Shown: one piece after another, positions 17,236 through 25,983 of the stretch
How the letters are laid out: every line of letters begins with the position of its first letter
Numbering within the stretch: position 1 is the stretch's first letter
Sequence record: NC_005083.2
DNA: 64,000 bases
Strand: one strand, 5' to 3'
Notes under the pieces: generated by a model
Seen by the model: the letters and a program-made list of their open reading frames with translations, nothing else
The model's database searches: none
What the model was told of the DNA's origin: nothing
Made by a program: the position numbers and the translations under genes

Positions 17236-17289
17236 TTAGTAGAATTAGTAGTTTTAGTGGAGTTAGAGATATTAGTAGTATTAGGAGAT
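17236..17289. repeat. Degenerate 9-bp tandem repeat, 6 copies (TTAG-core)
   Basis: ttagtagaa ttagtagtt ttagtggag ttagagata ttagtagta ttaggagat. Confidence 0.85.
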
Positions 17290-17311
17290 TGAAAATGACT
17301 TGAAAAAGTTG

Positions 17312-17340
17312 TTGACAGTCTCCTTTTTTGATCGTACTAT
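17312..17340 (+). promoter_or_regulatory. Strong sigma70-type promoter
   Basis: TTGACA, 17 bp, TACTAT, upstream A tract. Confidence 0.85.
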
Positions 17341-17374
17341 ACAGTCCTTGAAACAAATTATGTGAGTGAAGACT

Positions 17375-17902
17375 ATGAGCTTGAGTGAACGTGAAGAAGA
17401 GCTAAAAGCATTAGCTATTGACCATGTGTGTGACGATGAAGTTGCTGTCACCGTTTCATGCGCTGGTATGAGTAATTACTACACTGTTTGCCCGTCAGAG
17501 TTCAAAGACTTTTTGGACAACCATGAGGGAACATCTTATGTAGCATTTGAATGGCACAACATCCCAGATGATTTACAAGATGAAGAACTAGACTTCGATG
17601 GTCTACTTGCTTGGTTCAATCTAGATGAACATGAGCGTGAAATCTGCGAAGCATTGTATGATAATAACGTTTGTATGTCATACGAAGATGCAGCCGAGAA
17701 AGTTGCTGACTGTTGGGTTTTTGAAGGCACACGCGAAGACTATGCAAGACATGTAACGTCTGAATTAATGGGTATTCGCTTCGAAGATATGCCTGTCATT
17801 GTAAGCAGCAACATCAACTGGGGTGATGTATTCATCGACCTTGACGCAGAAGGTAGTATCTACGAAATTGGTCGCGACAAATACTTAACAGTACACGGTT
17901 AA
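17375..17902 (+). CDS. ArdA-like acidic anti-restriction (DNA mimic) protein
   Basis: About 42 D/E vs 10 K/R in 175 aa; pattern FEWHNIP...LDEHEREICEA...EDA.E...FEGTREDYA...NINW..VF.DL fits ArdA by eye; start at ATG 17375. Confidence 0.6.
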   Translation: MSLSEREEELKALAIDHVCDDEVAVTVSCAGMSNYYTVCPSEFKDFLDNHEGTSYVAFEWHNIPDDLQDEELDFDGLLAWFNLDEHEREICEALYDNNVCMSYEDAAEKVADCWVFEGTREDYARHVTSELMGIRFEDMPVIVSSNINWGDVFIDLDAEGSIYEIGRDKYLTVHG

Positions 17903-17903
17903 A

Positions 17904-18482
17904 ATGAGTAGCACAAAAGGTAACGTTAACAAAGACGATTACTACGCTACGCCAGACTGGATTGTTGAAGAGTTTCTTGAAAATTTCGAGAGACGGATAC
18001 ACACAACTCATCATTTGAGTATGTCTGCTATGCATGTTCTTGACCCATCATGTGGTGGTTGTTCTGAACACAAAGCAGCATATCCAGTAGCTTACAAGAA
18101 ATTGTATCATGTCGATATTGACACAATGGATATTCGTGAAGACAGTCACGCGCAAATTATCGCGAACTATCTCGAAACTGATGTTCAGAAGAATCATTAC
18201 GACATGATCATGACGAACCCGCCGTTCAGCTTATCAGTTGATTTTGCTGAGAAAGCATTGAGTGAAATCAAGAACGGTGGTTATGTCGTCATGCTACAGC
18301 GTCTGAACTGGCTAGGTAGTATCAAAAGAAAGCCTTTCTGGGACACAATGCCCCTGAGAGCAGTGATGGTTCACCATCGTCGACCATCATTTCATGGTAC
18401 AAAAGGCACAGACTCGATTGAGTACGCGCACTTTGTATTTCAAAAAGGTTACGCAGGTAAAGCAGAGATTATAGTAATATGA
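17904..18482 (+). CDS. Orphan DNA N6-adenine methyltransferase
   Basis: DDYYATP, motif I VLDPSCGG, motif IV MTNPPF; no cognate endonuclease adjacent. Confidence 0.85.
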   Translation: MSSTKGNVNKDDYYATPDWIVEEFLENFERRIHTTHHLSMSAMHVLDPSCGGCSEHKAAYPVAYKKLYHVDIDTMDIREDSHAQIIANYLETDVQKNHYDMIMTNPPFSLSVDFAEKALSEIKNGGYVVMLQRLNWLGSIKRKPFWDTMPLRAVMVHHRRPSFHGTKGTDSIEYAHFVFQKGYAGKAEIIVI

Positions 18483-18688
18483 TTACTTCAGTTGAAACTT
18501 ATGAAGGTCTACTAGACACATTCGATAAACCACAACCAATGAAAATTGTGACTGGTGAGATTCACTATTCATTATTTGGCATTCCGTTGCTTCGTCGCAA
18601 ATGCGAACTATTGCTAGAGACTTACTTGGTTTCAACTGACTCTATGCTCGGTGATGTTTACATGTGGGACGTGGCAAAACGTTTATGA
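18479..18688 (+). CDS. Hypothetical protein, 69 aa
   Basis: Coupled ORF. Confidence 0.7.
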   Translation: MITSVETYEGLLDTFDKPQPMKIVTGEIHYSLFGIPLLRRKCELLLETYLVSTDSMLGDVYMWDVAKRL

Positions 18689-18708
18689 GAAAATTATTAA
18701 GGGGACTT

Positions 18709-19062
18709 ATGTCCAATTTCAAAGCAAATCTAAAAAGTCGCAGTACAATTAAGATCAATGGTACTGAGTATCACGGTACAAGTGTGACGATCAAAAACGG
18801 CAAAGTCGTCGTTGACGGTCGTTTGCAAGGTGACATTGATGATCGCGTGGTGAACGTGTACATTGATGGTGACTGTACGCTTGTTCAGAACGAGAACGGC
18901 AATATTGCATGTCGTAACGTACAAGGTGACGTGTCAACGACTAATGGCGATATTGAATGTGACGATGTTAACGGTTCAGTATCATCAACGAACGGCGACA
19001 TTAAATGCTGTGATGTTGGCGGTAACGTAAGCACAACCAACGGGGATATTATCCGAAAATGA
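18709..19062 (+). CDS. Beta-strand repeat protein (DUF4097-like)
   Basis: Three repeats of G.VS(T/S)TNGDI; start at 18709 after AAGGGG (18685 possible). Confidence 0.75.
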   Translation: MSNFKANLKSRSTIKINGTEYHGTSVTIKNGKVVVDGRLQGDIDDRVVNVYIDGDCTLVQNENGNIACRNVQGDVSTTNGDIECDDVNGSVSSTNGDIKCCDVGGNVSTTNGDIIRK

Positions 19063-19331
19063 AAGATCAAACTCGAATCAAAGAAGTAATTGACGCCGCG
19101 ATTGAGAAAATTGAATCACAATCGACACAAAGTTTCAGCGTGCAAGAATTTACGCCGTGTGATGTTGTCAATTACTTGCAGCAAATCGGCTACGAAGCTC
19201 ATGATCTAGAGACAAACGGTTGGCAAGTTGACTTCTGGCAAGATTTCAGCAAAGACGGCTGCAAGACACTTACCTTTTCAGGTAGCTGGTACTTTGGTCA
19301 AGCTACATTGAGTGAGGCATACAATGACTAA
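19059..19331 (+). CDS. Hypothetical protein, 90 aa
   Basis: Coupled ORF. Confidence 0.8.
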   Translation: MKDQTRIKEVIDAAIEKIESQSTQSFSVQEFTPCDVVNYLQQIGYEAHDLETNGWQVDFWQDFSKDGCKTLTFSGSWYFGQATLSEAYND

Positions 19332-19626
19332 GCAAACAGATTTCTTTGAACGTGAAATCAAAGATGGTGACTTTGTTCTGCGTGCTAAGAACTCAGGTCG
19401 TACATACACCATGAGCGTGCTTCATGTTGTTGACTTGCCGGACGGTAAGCGCAAGTATCTTGAGCTGAGTCGCTGGGGTGGTAGCGGTATCAGTCGAAAT
19501 GCCAAATTGCCTTGCGGTAGTTCATCTACTATCGTTGAAGCGTCACTTGTTGAAAGCAAATACCCTGAAGCGTATCGCGCTGCATTACAAGAAGCTGAAC
19601 TTCTTCGCATGCCAATTCCGCAATAA
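19324..19626 (+). CDS. Hypothetical protein, 100 aa
   Basis: GAGG RBS before ATG 19324. Confidence 0.8.
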   Translation: MTKQTDFFEREIKDGDFVLRAKNSGRTYTMSVLHVVDLPDGKRKYLELSRWGGSGISRNAKLPCGSSSTIVEASLVESKYPEAYRAALQEAELLRMPIPQ

Positions 19627-19629
19627 TGC

Positions 19630-19657
19630 TTGACACGTGTTGTCAGTCGTGTATAAT
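19630..19657 (+). promoter_or_regulatory. sigma70-type promoter for the rII region
   Basis: TTGACA, 16 bp, TATAAT. Confidence 0.75.
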
Positions 19658-19681
19658 TCTCTGTAAACATAGGAGAGCAAT

Positions 19682-19819
19682 ATGATTGACAACATGATAA
19701 AAGACATGATCGAGTCAGAAATTGATGTTAACGACATCGTTGATTGTCTAGTTAACCAGTACAACGTATCTCACGATGAAGCACTTGAAGCGATTCACGA
19801 GGTACTTAACGAAATGTGA
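19682..19819 (+). CDS. Small acidic protein, 45 aa (hand-called)
   Basis: AGGAGAG RBS; MIDNMIKDMIESEIDVNDIV... Confidence 0.75.
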   Translation: MIDNMIKDMIESEIDVNDIVDCLVNQYNVSHDEALEAIHEVLNEM

Positions 19820-19826
19820 GAAATAT

Positions 19827-21896
19827 ATGATTATCCATACCCCTGATAGCACAGTACAAACATCTGGCAAGATGCGCACTGCTGGATTTAATATGAAAGC
19901 AAGCGCAAAAGGCTTTCGTATTATCTCGACTACACTATACAAAGACCCGATTCTAGCCATTGTACGCGAATTGACGTGTAATGGTTGGGATGCGCATCAA
20001 ATGAACAAAAATCTCGATACTCCGATTCAAGTACATTTACCGAATCAGTTCGAGCCGTGGTTTAGTGTGAAAGACTTCGGTTGTGGCATGAGCGACGATG
20101 AAATCTTTGGTGTGTACACGACTGTGTTTGATTCAACGAAAGATGACTCAAACGACGTGATTGGTGCAATGGGTCTAGGTTCAAAAACGCCATTCAGCTA
20201 CAACAACGGTCAGTCGTTCACTGTTAAGTCAACGAAGAATGGTCTGAAAGCTGTTTACTCGGCGTATCTAGACAAAGGTGAACCTGCAATCACATGTATG
20301 TCAGAGCCTGCGCCGACTGATGAACCAGACGGTGTTGAAGTCATCGTGCCAGTGCGTAAAGAAGACTTCAGTCGCTTTAAAGAAGCTGCAAATCAAGTAA
20401 TGCCGTACTTTAAAGCACCTGCTGTTGAGACGAACATCACGCTTTCTGAGCGTAAATTCACTCACATGGACGGGTATTTCACTGAAAACAAGAAGAATTC
20501 ATGGCGTTCTGGTGATGTATATGCAGTAATGGGCAACGTTTGTTATCCGTTGAGCGAAAGTCACATCAAAGACATTCAGCTTGTGCGTAATTACTTCAAG
20601 AACTCTGATCTATTCATTGAGTTTCCGATTGGTGAGCTAGATGTAAGTGCGTCTCGTGAAGAGCTTCACTATGACGATTACACAATTGAAAACATCAACA
20701 AGCGTGTGAACTTAATCAACACGAAGTTCCTCGATGAAGCACAGAAATGGGTTGATGACCAGAAATTCTCGCACATCGGTGATGCGTACCGCGCTTGTGA
20801 CAATCGCTTCAATGATGTTGTAATGAAGAAGCTGACATTTAATGGCGTGTCTGTAATGACTTACTCGCAAAATATGCTGAAAGATTTTGCGATTCTAGGT
20901 AAAGTTGTTCAACTTCGCCCTGAATACAGCAACAAAGAAGGTGTTCAGCGTCGTACTAACTTTGCTCGTCCGTATGATCTTGTGAACCCTCGCAATGAAT
21001 ACGCGAAAAGTCCAATTCATATTATTGTCGATGATATGAAATCAGGTGGTGTTGCTATCGCGAAAGAATACGTTCGTGAAGAAGGTCAAGTGGTGTTTTA
21101 TCATCACGATGATAAGCCGTCAACGACTGCTGCACTTGCATTCTTTAAAGAACGACTACGTGATTGCGAATACAAAGTCCTGAAGACTTCTGAACTGAAA
21201 GCTAACTACACGCCACAGAAGAAGACTGTCAAGAAAAAACCAGTCTCACCGACTATTCGCTTGTATGAAATGCGAATCAATGAAGACGGTGTTCGTACAG
21301 TTCAAGCGTCTGACGTGAAGCGCGAAGTGCTGAAGAACGACGAACTGTATTACGTGAGTTTGTTCCGCGATTACATTGAGAAAACGCCAGAGTGTGGTCA
21401 TGGTCTAGATTACCATCGTTCTCTTGGAATGATCGAAGAGATTATGCGTATCAAAGGTCTTGATGTTGTGTACATTGCACGACGTCCAGAGTACGTACAC
21501 ATCAAAGACAATAAAAACGCTGTGAATATCTTCGATATTAAGTTTAACAAGCGTGAGTTGCGTAGTAAAATTGACTGGAAATCATACACAGTTGATAACA
21601 ATCTGTACGGCTATCGCAGTTCGCTAGAGAACACATGGGCTAACACTGCTGTTCGTGACCATTTCGGTTACTCGCAGTCTCGTAATACGTGCTGCCAGAC
21701 GATTGATCGTCTATGTGATAACTTCCCTGCTGTTCGTGAAATTCGCAAAGCAGAGCAAGAAAAGCACTTGGAAAAGTTACAAACTATCCAAACTGCTCCG
21801 AAATACAAGTTGCTGTTTGATTTGGTAAGTTCAAACACCAACACTGAATCAACGCAAAAACTAATTAAACTCTTGAGAGGAAAACGCAATGGTTAA
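19827..21896 (+). CDS. rIIA: rIIA membrane-associated protector protein
   Basis: N-terminal GHKL-like module (LYKDPILAIVRELTCNGWDA, DFGCGMS, GAMGLGSKTPFSY); precedes rIIB; start moved from 19776. Confidence 0.93.
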   Translation: MIIHTPDSTVQTSGKMRTAGFNMKASAKGFRIISTTLYKDPILAIVRELTCNGWDAHQMNKNLDTPIQVHLPNQFEPWFSVKDFGCGMSDDEIFGVYTTVFDSTKDDSNDVIGAMGLGSKTPFSYNNGQSFTVKSTKNGLKAVYSAYLDKGEPAITCMSEPAPTDEPDGVEVIVPVRKEDFSRFKEAANQVMPYFKAPAVETNITLSERKFTHMDGYFTENKKNSWRSGDVYAVMGNVCYPLSESHIKDIQLVRNYFKNSDLFIEFPIGELDVSASREELHYDDYTIENINKRVNLINTKFLDEAQKWVDDQKFSHIGDAYRACDNRFNDVVMKKLTFNGVSVMTYSQNMLKDFAILGKVVQLRPEYSNKEGVQRRTNFARPYDLVNPRNEYAKSPIHIIVDDMKSGGVAIAKEYVREEGQVVFYHHDDKPSTTAALAFFKERLRDCEYKVLKTSELKANYTPQKKTVKKKPVSPTIRLYEMRINEDGVRTVQASDVKREVLKNDELYYVSLFRDYIEKTPECGHGLDYHRSLGMIEEIMRIKGLDVVYIARRPEYVHIKDNKNAVNIFDIKFNKRELRSKIDWKSYTVDNNLYGYRSSLENTWANTAVRDHFGYSQSRNTCCQTIDRLCDNFPAVREIRKAEQEKHLEKLQTIQTAPKYKLLFDLVSSNTNTESTQKLIKLLRGKRNG

Positions 21897-22926
21897 TTTG
21901 CCAATCGAAACAAAACAGTCAATCGTTAAAGCATCTGCAAACGGCATGACACAGAAAGACAACGCGGCGAAGCATGGTACTTCGCCAACCACCCTGCGCC
22001 GTGTGCTTGCTGAACACCGTGAAGGCAAATTCAGCTTAAACACTGCGAAGCAAGTCGTTAAGCGCCCGGCTAAAGTGAAATCACTTTCGACCGACTTCAA
22101 AGCGAATCTAGACGAGTTGCTAGACGCTACTGGCACTAAAGAACAGCCAAAGACGAAAGCGCCTGAGCCTGAAAAGACTCTTGATCAGAAGCTAGACGAA
22201 GCGATTGAAGATTTCGCTTACGTGATTACGCCTGTTAACGTGTCATTCACGTTCAAAGGTCAGGCATTTTCTGCTGACATCACAGCTCCGAACTACAGCA
22301 AAATCGTTGCTGCATTGCTAGACAACGACGGCGAGCTTGCAGTTTCATTGCTTGATGTTGCGAAAGGCATCGAAGAATTCATGCTTGGCAATGTAGTTGT
22401 TAAGGGTGGCGTGGTTAAGTACAAAGATCTTGACATCGACGGGGGTATGACTGGTCGTATTCTTGAAGCAATGGAAGCAGGTGACAAGTCTCAGGTTACT
22501 AAGCTTGTTAAGTTCTTCGAAAATCTCATTGAGAACCCGTCACGTCGCGCTGTTGAAGAACTTTACGGCTTCTTAGAAGCTGCTGACATCGAACTTACTG
22601 ATGACGGTCACTTCTTAGCGTACAAAAAGATTCGCGACAACTACAAAGACATTCACAGCAACACTATGTGCAACAAGCCAGGCACTCGTGTGTGGATGCT
22701 ACGTCACCAAGTGAACGACGACAAAGATCAAACTTGTTCTGCTGGTCTTCATGTATGTTCGAAAGGCTACTTGCCACACTTTGGTGGTGCAGCGGGTAAT
22801 CGCATTGTGCTTTGTAAAGTGAACCCGCGTGATGTTGTGTCGGTACCCTCCGATTACAACAATACAAAATTAAGATGTAGCGAGTATCTAGTCTTGAAAG
22901 AACTAGACCGCAATACTCTAAAATGA
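21889..22926 (+). CDS. rIIB: rIIB protein
   Basis: N-terminal HTH; FFENLIENPS..AVEELYGFL, AYKKIRDNY, CSAGLH, KVNPRDVVSVPSDY. Confidence 0.95.
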   Translation: MVNLPIETKQSIVKASANGMTQKDNAAKHGTSPTTLRRVLAEHREGKFSLNTAKQVVKRPAKVKSLSTDFKANLDELLDATGTKEQPKTKAPEPEKTLDQKLDEAIEDFAYVITPVNVSFTFKGQAFSADITAPNYSKIVAALLDNDGELAVSLLDVAKGIEEFMLGNVVVKGGVVKYKDLDIDGGMTGRILEAMEAGDKSQVTKLVKFFENLIENPSRRAVEELYGFLEAADIELTDDGHFLAYKKIRDNYKDIHSNTMCNKPGTRVWMLRHQVNDDKDQTCSAGLHVCSKGYLPHFGGAAGNRIVLCKVNPRDVVSVPSDYNNTKLRCSEYLVLKELDRNTLK

Positions 22927-23078
22927 TTAGTCAAGAACTTATTCGAGTCATTATGTTCATGCGCGAGAACAATAGTAATCGCGCTGACTACTATAATGAT
23001 GAGACTGGTGAGATTCATGTGGTAACCCGTCGAGAAGACGGGTTCTACATTGGAAAGACTAAGATATGTGAACTATGA
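22923..23078 (+). CDS. Hypothetical protein, 51 aa (hand-called)
   Basis: ATGA-coupled to rIIB; ends against the endonuclease stop. Confidence 0.55.
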   Translation: MISQELIRVIMFMRENNSNRADYYNDETGEIHVVTRREDGFYIGKTKICEL

Positions 23079-23768
23079 TTTATGTTTGCAGTTATCAAAA
23101 TGCCAGCGTTTCGATGCTGGCAATGTTGTTTCTTTACCACAATGCGGACACGTTACTTTTATGTTGTTTGGGTTATTCTTCTTCATTCTTTCTCGTTTTT
23201 GTTCGCGCTCTTCGTCTGACATGTTTTCTGCACGTTTTCTACTTGCTTCCGAAATCTTTCGACGTGCTTCTTCACTATGAGTCTTGCCATACATGCCGTG
23301 ATTCTCGCCTGAGTTGGCTTGTGATAACTTAGATTTCGTTTCATCTGACATAGCACCTCTTTTCTTACCACGCTTTGCATCTGCCATTTTTCTGCGAGAT
23401 TCTAATGATGCCTTCTTTCCTTTGTTGTGTGGCGTTGTTCCTTTCTTAGCCTCTGACATCTTTCTCTTTGATTCATCTGTGTGTTTATACCCGTTTATTC
23501 TCCCTATGCCACCGGGTACTAGATTGTAATTGCTTTCCGATAGTACATACTCTTCAGTCACAATTTTTGATTCAAGTTCGTACATTTCTTCTTCTGTGCC
23601 TGACGCAATAACTTCCATATCTTCAAATGTGATACCATACTTGCGTATTGCTTGACCGATTGCGTAATCTTTACGAGCGTGTTCGCTGAATCGACGCTTC
23701 AAGTCGATAGTTACTCCGATATACTCTTTGCCGTTAACCGGATTTGTTATTTTGTAGAGATAAGCCAT
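23073..23768 (-). mobile_element. Free-standing GIY-YIG (Seg-like) homing endonuclease with NUMOD3 repeats
   Basis: YLYKITNPVNGKEYIG...RRFSEH...E...YN catalytic module; repeats KHTDESKRKMS, KTHSEEARRKIS; opposite strand to neighbours. Confidence 0.93.
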
Positions 23769-23799
23769 GTTATGTCCTCTTTCAATTCTTTATACCATG

Positions 23800-23807
23800 T
23801 ATTTATA
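23800..23807 (-). promoter_or_regulatory. T4 late promoter TATAAATA
   Basis: Exact consensus on -, about 32 nt upstream of the endonuclease ATG, AGAGGA RBS. Confidence 0.85.
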
Positions 23808-23852
23808 ATAAGACGACGTGTGTTTGCATACTTATAACCAAAATAATTGTAA

Positions 23853-23904
23853 AAAGGGTTGACTACGGTCAGCCCTTTCTTGTATTATTCTCATATCGAA
23901 ACGA
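23853..23904 (+). promoter_or_regulatory. Early promoter with -35 inside a stem-loop (PeSL-like)
   Basis: gggTTGAC-tacg-gtcagccc-tttctt; TATTAT 23883-23888; ATCGAAACG follows. Confidence 0.85.
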
Positions 23905-23925
23905 AACACCGAAAGCGAGAATAAT

Positions 23926-24240
23926 ATGAAATCTGACCTACGCACTATTCAAACTCTAGTAGAACAAAAAGATGTAGCAATCGTTGTTAAAGAACAGTAT
24001 CGCAATGCACTTGCATTCGCATACGGCTGCATGACTGTCGTTCAGCGTCAAGTATACCGAGACTACCACATGAGCGTGCTGGTTGAGAGATTTGATCTTG
24101 AATTCTGTGAAGCAAACGAAGTTGTCTTACCTTACGGTGAGTTGAAGTCTGCAATCAAATTCATCAAAGATAGCTTGAGCGCGTCTGACTATGACGAACT
24201 GAAAGCACTATTTCAATTCAACATTAAACTGCCAGAGTAA
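23926..24240 (+). CDS. Hypothetical protein, 104 aa
   Basis: ORF behind promoter cassette. Confidence 0.85.
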   Translation: MKSDLRTIQTLVEQKDVAIVVKEQYRNALAFAYGCMTVVQRQVYRDYHMSVLVERFDLEFCEANEVVLPYGELKSAIKFIKDSLSASDYDELKALFQFNIKLPE

Positions 24241-24245
24241 GAAGC

Positions 24246-24932
24246 ATGAAACGATTTAAGAAGCACATTAAAAAGTATGACGAGCATGGCGTAGTTCAGT
24301 ATAATATGCTGATGATATTCGCTTTGATTGTCACAATATCAATGTCAATCGCACTTGTTGCGTCAAATATTCTGTTTGCATTTGAGCTTTCAGCTAGTGA
24401 CGCTAACATCAAAACACCTGGCGATGCGTTCTGGACGGTTTGGATGGCTATGAGCACAATTGGATTTGGTGATCATTATCCCGTAACGACTGGTGGTAGA
24501 TTTGTTATTGGTTCTATGTTTGTCGTTGGTGCGTCGCTGATTGGTCTTAACATCGGTATCGCGAATGCGTGGATTACATCTAAGTTCGACAAAAGCATAC
24601 AGAATCGTGTGTTGAAGAGTCAAAACGATGCTCTATTGCAGAAATTAGATCGTCTTGAGACACATCTAGGAATCGGTCAAGAGGTGTTGTTTTCGAAAGA
24701 TGCTCATGGTATAGATACAATGATTGACCAGTATTTTGACAGCAACGACAAAGCAGAGAGATTTGTCACACTCGGTCAAGATGATAGCGGTCGATATGTC
24801 GTGGCAATAAATCAGCAAATCATCGAAACACAAAAGACATCATTGAAATGGCACACGTTCATTAAAGAAGATGATGCGACGAAATTCTACAAAGACACAA
24901 GTGAACTATTCCACACGGAGCTATTCATATGA
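24246..24932 (+). CDS. Potassium channel protein (2TM-1P, Ion_trans_2-like)
   Basis: TM1, pore helix DAFWTVW, filter TIGFGD, P.T..GR, TM2, cytoplasmic tail. Confidence 0.92.
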   Translation: MKRFKKHIKKYDEHGVVQYNMLMIFALIVTISMSIALVASNILFAFELSASDANIKTPGDAFWTVWMAMSTIGFGDHYPVTTGGRFVIGSMFVVGASLIGLNIGIANAWITSKFDKSIQNRVLKSQNDALLQKLDRLETHLGIGQEVLFSKDAHGIDTMIDQYFDSNDKAERFVTLGQDDSGRYVVAINQQIIETQKTSLKWHTFIKEDDATKFYKDTSELFHTELFI

Positions 24933-25414
24933 TTCGTAATATCTTATTTGCTGCTCTTGCAGCTATGACACTCGCAGCATGTGATAACAATTCTGCGACA
25001 TTAGACACAAATGCTTACTATGCTGAACAAGAACAGCTATTAGTTGAAGCACCGACGACTGAAATGTTTGATACACAGCCATCTGTTGTTCAACCTGTAC
25101 AACAACCGGTGATTATTCAGCAAGACGACGGGTTTGATCTAGGTGACGCAGCAATTGGTTTTGTTGCTGCTGAATTGATAGATGAAGTTGGTGATGCTTT
25201 CGAATCGAAGCATAAGAAGACTTACGTCGCGGCAGTGAAACAGCCTGTAATTAAGAAAGTTACACCGTATCAAGCACCTAAAAAACCTGTAGTCGTTAAG
25301 CCAACTGTAGTCAAACCGAGCATAGTTGAGACGAAACCTGAGAAAAAAGAGGGTTTTTTCAAGAAAGCAGTCAAAAAGGTTAAAAAAGTTAAGCGTAGTA
25401 AACGCAGAAAATAA
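24929..25414 (+). CDS. Putative lipoprotein, Lys/Pro-rich C-terminus
   Basis: Signal peptide with lipobox LAAC; ATGA-coupled to the channel gene. Confidence 0.8.
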   Translation: MIRNILFAALAAMTLAACDNNSATLDTNAYYAEQEQLLVEAPTTEMFDTQPSVVQPVQQPVIIQQDDGFDLGDAAIGFVAAELIDEVGDAFESKHKKTYVAAVKQPVIKKVTPYQAPKKPVVVKPTVVKPSIVETKPEKKEGFFKKAVKKVKKVKRSKRRK

Positions 25415-25439
25415 AAAAGGGAGCATTCGCTCCCTTTTT
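25413..25439. terminator. Bidirectional Rho-independent terminator
   Basis: aaaaaa-gggagc-attc-gctccc-ttttt. Confidence 0.9.
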
Positions 25440-25440
25440 G

Positions 25441-25983
25441 CTATTTGTTTTTTGATAAAACATCGAGAATTCTAGCTAATTCAGATTCGATGTGCTCAAG
25501 CTCCATTAGATATTCATCTGATTGCTTGATGTCACTACGTAGAAGACCTTTTGAAGTCGCAATATCAACGTCGCTATCTAGACTACCACGCAATTTACGT
25601 ACCAAGAACAACGCACGATTCAAATCACGAGTGAATACGTTCACTGTCTTGTCAGTGATCTTGTCTTCTGGCATACTCTGATATTTGTTCAGTTTTCTCA
25701 TGGTTTTCTTCAGTTCTTTGAAGTCTTTACGCGCTTGACCGCCAGCGAATAACACGCCACCAATCAAACCATTAAGTCCCATTGAGATACCAGCCCATGC
25801 CGCTAATGGCAATGCGATAGAAAGTCCTGCTGTACCCGGTGCTGCTGCAATTGAAGCACTTGCCATACCTACAAAGCCACCCACTGCTGCGCCGATTGCA
25901 GCACTATTTTTAGCCCATTGTCCGATAGTTGCTTCTTTCAACTCATCTGAATTCTTGAATTCATCAAATGTCTTTAGTTCCAT
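25441..25983 (-). CDS. Late gene, 180 aa, Gly/Ala-rich hydrophobic hairpin; candidate internal head protein
   Basis: MELKTFDEFKNSDELKEA N-terminus (AAGGTG RBS); GAAVGGFVG...GLIGG glycine-zipper-like segments. Confidence 0.75.
   Translation of the reverse strand: MELKTFDEFKNSDELKEATIGQWAKNSAAIGAAVGGFVGMASASIAAAPGTAGLSIALPLAAWAGISMGLNGLIGGVLFAGGQARKDFKELKKTMRKLNKYQSMPEDKITDKTVNVFTRDLNRALFLVRKLRGSLDSDVDIATSKGLLRSDIKQSDEYLMELEHIESELARILDVLSKNK

Noticed and set aside
17236-17289. 9-bp repeat as a coding Leu/Ile-rich peptide or mini-CRISPR
   Set aside because: The - strand reading has no start codon with RBS, the + frames give no supported ORF, and there are no spacers.
22923-23926. Group I intron carrying the GIY-YIG gene
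   Set aside because: rIIB and the flanking ORFs look complete, the endonuclease is antisense with its own late promoter, and no split host gene is evident.
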